Source: Eledone cirrhosa (Eukaryota). From it: DNA of 64,000 nucleotides. The translations under genes and the position numbers were made by a program. Below are positions 51,201 to 64,000 of the stretch, in pieces. The stretch spans positions 87,786 to 151,785 of the forward strand of contig CAXHJY010001390.1 in the NCBI GenBank assembly GCA_964016885.1, in the 5' to 3' direction. The notes under the pieces are model-generated. The model made no database searches. It saw nothing but the letters and a program-made list of their open reading frames with translations, and was not told where the DNA came from. How positions within the stretch are numbered: position 1 is the first letter of the stretch; the number at the start of each line of letters is the position of its first letter.

Positions 51201-51662
51201 TATATATATATATATATATCTTATATATATATATATATATCTTATATATATATATATATCTTATATATATATATATATATATCTTATATATATATATATA
51301 TATCTTATATATATATATATATATATATCTTATATATATATATATATATATATATCATATATATATATATATATATATATATCTTATATATATATATATA
51401 TATCTTATATATATATATATATCTTATATATATATATATATATCTTATATATATATATATATATATATATATCTTATATATATATATATATATATATCTT
51501 ATATATATATATATATATATATATATCTTATATATATATATATATATATATCTTATATATATATATATATATATATCTTATATATATATATATATATATC
51601 TTATATATGTATATATATATATCATATATATATATATATCTTATATATATATATATATATCT

Positions 51663-51698
<36 letters not shown>

Positions 51699-51945
51699 TC
51701 TTATATATATATATATGTATATCTTATATATATATATATATATCTTATATATATATATATATATCTTATATATATATATATATCTTATATATATATATAT
51801 ATCTTATATATATATATATATATATATCTTATATATATATATATATCTTATATATATATATATCTTATATATATATATATCTTATATATATATATATATC
51901 TTATATATATATATATATATCTTATATATATATATATATATATAT

Positions 51946-51986
<41 letters not shown>

Positions 51987-52047
51987 TATATATATATATA
52001 TATATATCTTATATATATATATATATATATATCATATATATATATAT
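49085..52047. repeat. Compound satellite [(TA)n-TCT]m, ~3 kb
   Basis: ATATCTTATAT recurs every ~10-40 bp in constant orientation. Confidence 0.95.
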
Positions 52048-52101
52048 ATAAAATATTAAACAAATAATGAATAAACAATTCCTTATATTAAACAAAAAAA
52101 G

Positions 52102-52256
52102 TTCATTATTTAACGATCGTTTCTAGGATATATATGTGTTAGAATTGGTATGCATATTCAACAGATCTATGTACAAAATTATACAAAATTATACAAATTA
52201 TCAAGATTAAATATACATACCAAACACATATATACGCCGTCTTCAGAAATAATGAA
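52102..52256 (-). ncRNA. Type I hammerhead ribozyme (GUU) with ~115-nt stem II
   Basis: ttcattattt-CTGAAGA-[tatatatgtgtt/aacacatatata; tggtatgtatattt/gaatatgcatacca]-GAA-ACGATCGT-T-aaataatgaa; 10-bp stem I. Confidence 0.75.
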
Positions 52257-53071
52257 GTATATTTATTGATAATAACAACAATTCAAAATTTCAGTTCAAA
52301 ATTGACCAATGAAAACACAAAGGGTTAAATGCAGTTCGGTGTGTGTATATACATGTAAAACCCTTACACATATTTTACAAAAATGTATGTATAATTTGTA
52401 TACGCATACTAAAAGGATGGATGCAAATACAAAATTTCAAGGTTAATGTCTCTGTAAGCTTACAATGCGCAGATAAGATGCGCATTGATACTTATGAAGT
52501 CAAGTATATAAATATATTTTTTCATACTCACACATATCAGTACAATCACACATACACGCGCGTATATGCATAAATATACACATAACCACGAACATACAAA
52601 CACACACACACTCCCACTCACATTTATATATGTGGATATAAAATCATAAGCACATGGATATTAATTCACTCACATAAAACACTGGCACACACATTTTTAG
52701 ATCAAGATACAGAAATTAGGTGGGAGGGGGGGGGAGGGGTCAGTATTCAACTGTCTGAGCAGACTGCCTAATATAAATGTATCTATAAATTAAGAAAAAT
52801 AAAAAAATAAAACAATAAAATATAATAAATGTAATATAATATACATACACATACAGATATATACACATACATACATGTACACACACATAGAAATATTTAC
52901 GCATACACACATACACACATACATATACAGTCATACACACACATACACCTACACGAACATACACATACACATATATAAAGATATATATATACATACACAC
53001 ACTCGCAACACATACACACATACACATATATATAAAAAATAAATAATAAAGATATATACATATATATATAT

Positions 53072-53114
<43 letters not shown>

Positions 53115-53504
53115 CATACACATACATCTAAATATACATACACATACATACACACATACATGTACATACATGTACATACATATACGTACATCGATATACA
53201 TATATATATATATATATATACACACACATAGACATATAGATACATACACACACAACTTACATACACACATATATATATACATGTATATTCATACATAGAA
53301 TTAGATATATAATCATACATACATATGCACTTACTTATACTCATATATACAAATACATACGCATCCATATATGCGTATATACATAAAAAACCACTACAAC
53401 CTCACCTAACTCAGACATACAAATAAAAATAATAATAAAAAGGCATATGTATATACATACACACACGCATTAATAGAGATATATATATACACACATACAT
53501 ACAC

Positions 53505-53535
<31 letters not shown>

Positions 53536-53568
53536 TATATATATATATACACACACATACACTCATAC

Positions 53569-53599
<31 letters not shown>

Positions 53600-53823
53600 G
53601 ATATCCACACACTCATACCACCATAAATACACATACAAACACCCACATATACATATATATACACACGTATATATATATATATATATACACACACATAAAA
53701 AACAGACATGCACATATATATATATTTTTTTACACTTATATATACACATATTATATACACATACACAACCTCACTTATACACACATACACATAAGTTATA
53801 TTATAATAATAAAGAATAATATA

Positions 53824-53859
<36 letters not shown>

Positions 53860-53949
53860 CATACATACATACATATACATACATACATATAAACATATAC
53901 ATACATAAATACACACATACGAATATAGACATATATTCACACATAGACA

Positions 53950-54010
<61 letters not shown>

Positions 54011-55137
54011 ATATACACAGACACATATACACACTCACATATATATATGTGTGTGTGTGCACACACACATATATACACACACACACACACATACACATAA
54101 ACACATACATATGCATACATGCACACACACACACATATATCACATAGATACGAAGATAAACATATAAATAGAGAGACATACATATATATACAACACACAT
54201 ACACACACATACATACACACGCATATACATATACATATATATATACATATATATATTCCTATATATACATGCATACACATATATACACATATATACACAT
54301 ACATACACATATACGTACACACATTCACATACACATACATATATAATGCATATATACACATATATACATACATATACACACTCATATATACACACGCAAT
54401 CTTACATTCATATTTGCATGCGCATATATGTATTTTTATATTTAGATATAAATACCCAAACCTATATAGACACCTACCTACATATATATTCATACATAGA
54501 CGCTTACAAATACAGATGATAATAGTATGGGGGAAAGGGGGGGTTTGGAGAAGGGGATCAAAGTAAATATATGTTTCAAGAAACATAGAATATTTTCCGT
54601 ATCTTTATCCAATGTATGTTCTTACATATTTTCAGTGTTAGGAAATATAACAAACAAGAACTAAGGCAAAATCTATGCATCACAAAATAAATAAGTATAC
54701 CATTAATCATATGTTAACTAAACCAAAGATAGTCAACATATTGATTTCTAAGGTGTAAATTAGTTAGGTTTATAATATTTGAAGCAGAATTTTGAAGTTA
54801 AACAGTAGTAGATTATTAATTACAGTATAACTAAATTAAAGTTAATAACGTTATGGTATCAATATTAGGAAATGAATTTAGTAATAGGGAAAAAAAAAAA
54901 AAAAAAAAACACAAATAAAAATAAAATAAAGTATTACATCGGTAGTAGAATATAAATTATATGTTAACTAAATTAAAAATTATATATTTATTTCAATAGT
55001 ATATGTTAATTAGGTATACAATACATAAAGCAGATATTGTATTTCATCAATAGCATAATATAATTATATGCAAATAGAAATCAAAATTAATACGCATACA
55101 TATACATATACATACACATACATATATACATATATAT

Positions 55138-55180
<43 letters not shown>

Positions 55181-55722
55181 TACATACATACACATACACA
55201 TACACACACACACATACACATACACATATACATATACATATCTTTTTCAAAAAATTGCATAGAATATATTAACTAGGTATATATCCAAAACACATCCCAT
55301 TCTGTGATTACATGACATTCTGCAATTCGTCTGTATAAGGATACTAATTTTAAGCAAATTAAAATTAAAATTTTTAGGTTGATTAAAACTAAAACCAAAT
55401 AATAAATATATTTCTAAAATGTATATTAATTAGGTCTATAATACTAAAAATTATTTCTCTGTCATTGGATACACGATATTATTTTGTTATATTTTATCTG
55501 TAAAAGAATTATAATAAAAGGTTTAAATAAATTAAAATTAATCTATAAATTAAATTACTAAGTATATATTAGTAATATTTAAAGGTTTTTCACAATTTAT
55601 GATTACATAATATTTTATATTCTCATCTGTAATAAAATATTAATTAAATTAAATTTATAGGTTAACTAACATTTAAATTAAATTAATTCCTAAAATAATG
55701 TTATTAATTAGGTTTATAATAT

Positions 55723-57630
55723 TTAAATGTTTTTTTTAAGTTTATGATTACACGATATAATTAATTCCTGTCGTTTATTTAATAAGATATCCTTAGACTT
55801 CATTATTTCAAATAGTTCTTGGGAACATAATCTACATTCATTTCTATTATTTTGATAAGGGGTGGCTCTTTTGAGCACACTCCAGGTCAAATCATATTTT
55901 ATATTCTTATTTTTATAACTATTGATTTTTTCTGCTAGAGATGTTGTATTAGCCAGTGCGGCATTTTTAAAACTATGCTTGTGGGTATTAAACCTTGTCT
56001 TAAAATTGTTAGAGGTAGCTCCTATATATGAGCAAATAGAATCTTTAGTTTTAACATTACATTTATAGACTATGTTGTTAACAAGACAATTCCCTTTTAA
56101 TGGGCAGTTTGCTTTGTTTCTACAGTTACATCCTTTCGTTAATTCTGTATTTGAGGAGATATTATGGTTAATTTGATGTACTGGTGGTATACTTATGGTT
56201 TTCTTACATTTATATGCATTATATGCACTTATATTTTGTTTTATGTTATTTGTTGTAGAGTATGAGAATTTAACTGTAGACCTATTTAAGATTTGATGGT
56301 ATTTGTGGTTTGGCGGGAAGTTTTTCTCAAGGATATAAAAAAATTTTTTAGCAATATTATCCTTAACTTGTAAATTAAAAGGAGCATTATACCAAGTAAC
56401 CCGTCTATTACGGTTTCTATGTTGTTTATTATTTTTATTATTTTTATAGGTTGTATCGTGATTTTTACTAGGAGGATTAATGTTAATGATCTCACCACAA
56501 CTATTTTTAGTTATATTTGTAGATTTAGGTGTTTTATCCTTTTTATTAGGAGTTTTATTATTAATATTTATTATAGTTGTATGATGAGTAATTTTTTGAG
56601 AGTTACTATACTTTATATTAGAAGATTTAGTATTTTGGGGTATAGTGTGGGTGGCATTTAGGTGTGTACTTTTCATTTGGTGTTTGTTGGTAATATTATG
56701 TTGTATGCTTTCAGTATTTTTAGTAGAAGGTATATACTCTAATCTATTTTTGTGGCCACTTCTATCTAGAGCTTCGTTATAGAAGGTCGCATTTTTATCA
56801 AATACATCTTGGTTAGAAGAAAGGTTAGAAATTCTAAGTGATATATTATATGCAAGGTTTTTAAGGATAGATTTAGGGTGATTAGATTGTGAGTGTATGT
56901 AATGTAAGTTTTGGTTAGGTTTATGGTAAGGTTGGTAGATACCCGTAGCTAAATCTAAAGTTATATCTAGGAAATTTACTACTTTACTTGTTTTTTCAAA
57001 AGTAATATTAAGATTATAATAGTCTTTAAGGAAAGTTCTAATATGTTTTTTGTTTTTTTCGATTTCTGAAAGGCTAAGGTTGTTAGAAAGAAGAAGACAG
57101 TCATCACGATATAAACCACCTTTGAGGTGGGGAAAAGAGGCATTTATGTTGAAAAGGAGAAAGAGGCCCACAAGATCAGTAATTTGGGCGGAATCGCTTG
57201 AACCCATAGTAATATCAAAAAGATTACTGTATGTGTTTCTGGTCCAGTATTCATTCTGAAATTCAATAAGTGTTAGTCTAGCATGTGTAATAATGTTAAT
57301 GTCATCCAAAGTTAAGTTAGATCTATTTTTAGCAAATATCAATGCTTTGTTCAGGAGTATAGGTGATATAGAAGAATAGTAATTATCTATATCAAATTGT
57401 AGGAAAGAAGCAGAAGATTTACACCTAATATTTTTAAACCAGTTAATTACCTGGGAGGTGTTTTCCCAGAGTGGTAAAATAACGTGTTTTCTTATTTGTG
57501 GGATGACTCTATCTAAAATTTTTTTGCTAATTATTCCAATATCTGATTTGGAGGGACATATAAGTCTAATAGAAGGATTTGAGTTAAAGTTAGATTTGTG
57601 ATCTTTCAGGTTGAAGTGTGGTCTTTTCAA
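55723..57630 (-). CDS. PLE reverse transcriptase + GIY-YIG endonuclease (N-terminally truncated, frame intact)
   Basis: LKDHK, FDIDNYYSS, TMGSSDSAQ, LYRDDCL, FLDI, SNHP, WYNAPF, CNCRNKANCPLKGNC, IVYKC..YIGAT..FKTRFNTH, CRLC..E. Confidence 0.92.
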   Translation of the reverse strand: MKRPHFNLKDHKSNFNSNPSIRLICPSKSDIGIISKKILDRVIPQIRKHVILPLWENTSQVINWFKNIRCKSSASFLQFDIDNYYSSISPILLNKALIFAKNRSNLTLDDINIITHARLTLIEFQNEYWTRNTYSNLFDITMGSSDSAQITDLVGLFLLFNINASFPHLKGGLYRDDCLLLSNNLSLSEIEKNKKHIRTFLKDYYNLNITFEKTSKVVNFLDITLDLATGIYQPYHKPNQNLHYIHSQSNHPKSILKNLAYNISLRISNLSSNQDVFDKNATFYNEALDRSGHKNRLEYIPSTKNTESIQHNITNKHQMKSTHLNATHTIPQNTKSSNIKYSNSQKITHHTTIININNKTPNKKDKTPKSTNITKNSCGEIININPPSKNHDTTYKNNKNNKQHRNRNRRVTWYNAPFNLQVKDNIAKKFFYILEKNFPPNHKYHQILNRSTVKFSYSTTNNIKQNISAYNAYKCKKTISIPPVHQINHNISSNTELTKGCNCRNKANCPLKGNCLVNNIVYKCNVKTKDSICSYIGATSNNFKTRFNTHKHSFKNAALANTTSLAEKINSYKNKNIKYDLTWSVLKRATPYQNNRNECRLCSQELFEIMKSKDILLNKRQELIISCNHKLKKNI

Positions 57631-57925
57631 TGCAATCTTGATAATTTGTATAATTTTGTATAATTTTGTACATAGATCTGTTGAATATGCATACCAATTC
57701 TAACACATATATATCCTAGAAACGATCGTTAAATAATGAACTTTTTTTGTTTAATATAAGGAATTGTTTATTCATTATTTGTTTAATATTTTATCTTGAC
57801 TCTGTATACCGTTTATCTTTCACCGAAAGTGGTTTTTCATTACATCTCTTCTTTCCATGATATCCGGAATACATTGAGATCTTCATACGGATTGGACACT
57901 ACCGTAAACTCTTGGTAGATTTATC

Positions 57926-64000
<6,075 letters not shown>

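Larger units (their letters stand above)
52048..57929 (-). mobile_element. Penelope-like element (CxCx5C linker, Hydra-clade-like), 5'-truncated, 3.7 kb 3'UTR, inverted terminal copy; family K
   Basis: ORF 55723-57630; 52048-52208 is inverted at 57634-57794; tail 57795-57929. Confidence 0.88.

Overview
Eukaryotic, apparently non-genic DNA made of nested retrotransposons sitting in very long (TA)n tracts. The SINE repertoire and repeat landscape suggest a mollusc, probably an octopus-like cephalopod (inference). It contains RTE-clade LINEs (APE+RT with a Cys-rich PHD-like insert), two CR1-group LINEs, three tRNA-derived SINE families and two degenerate Tc2/pogo-like MITEs. It also contains four Penelope-like elements (PLEs) coding RT and/or GIY-YIG endonuclease, plus several non-coding PLE-type modules. 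The main hidden signal is RNA-level: about 20 type-I hammerhead ribozyme motifs (CUGANGA...GAAA with complementary stems I-III) from about 11 unrelated sequence families, on both strands. These include a ~483-499 nt tandem/inverted retrozyme-like monomer with ribozymes one unit apart (33.1-34.3 kb) and hammerheads with ~95-115 nt stem II insertions. Most of these elements form inverted pairs in which only one arm carries a terminal tail, and the tails share a short T(T/A)GAG-YR-CT motif. All IY/CV/HT-rich ORFs are microsatellite artefacts. No confident host gene was found; one weak candidate exon is noted. Structures were folded by eye, and no searches were run.
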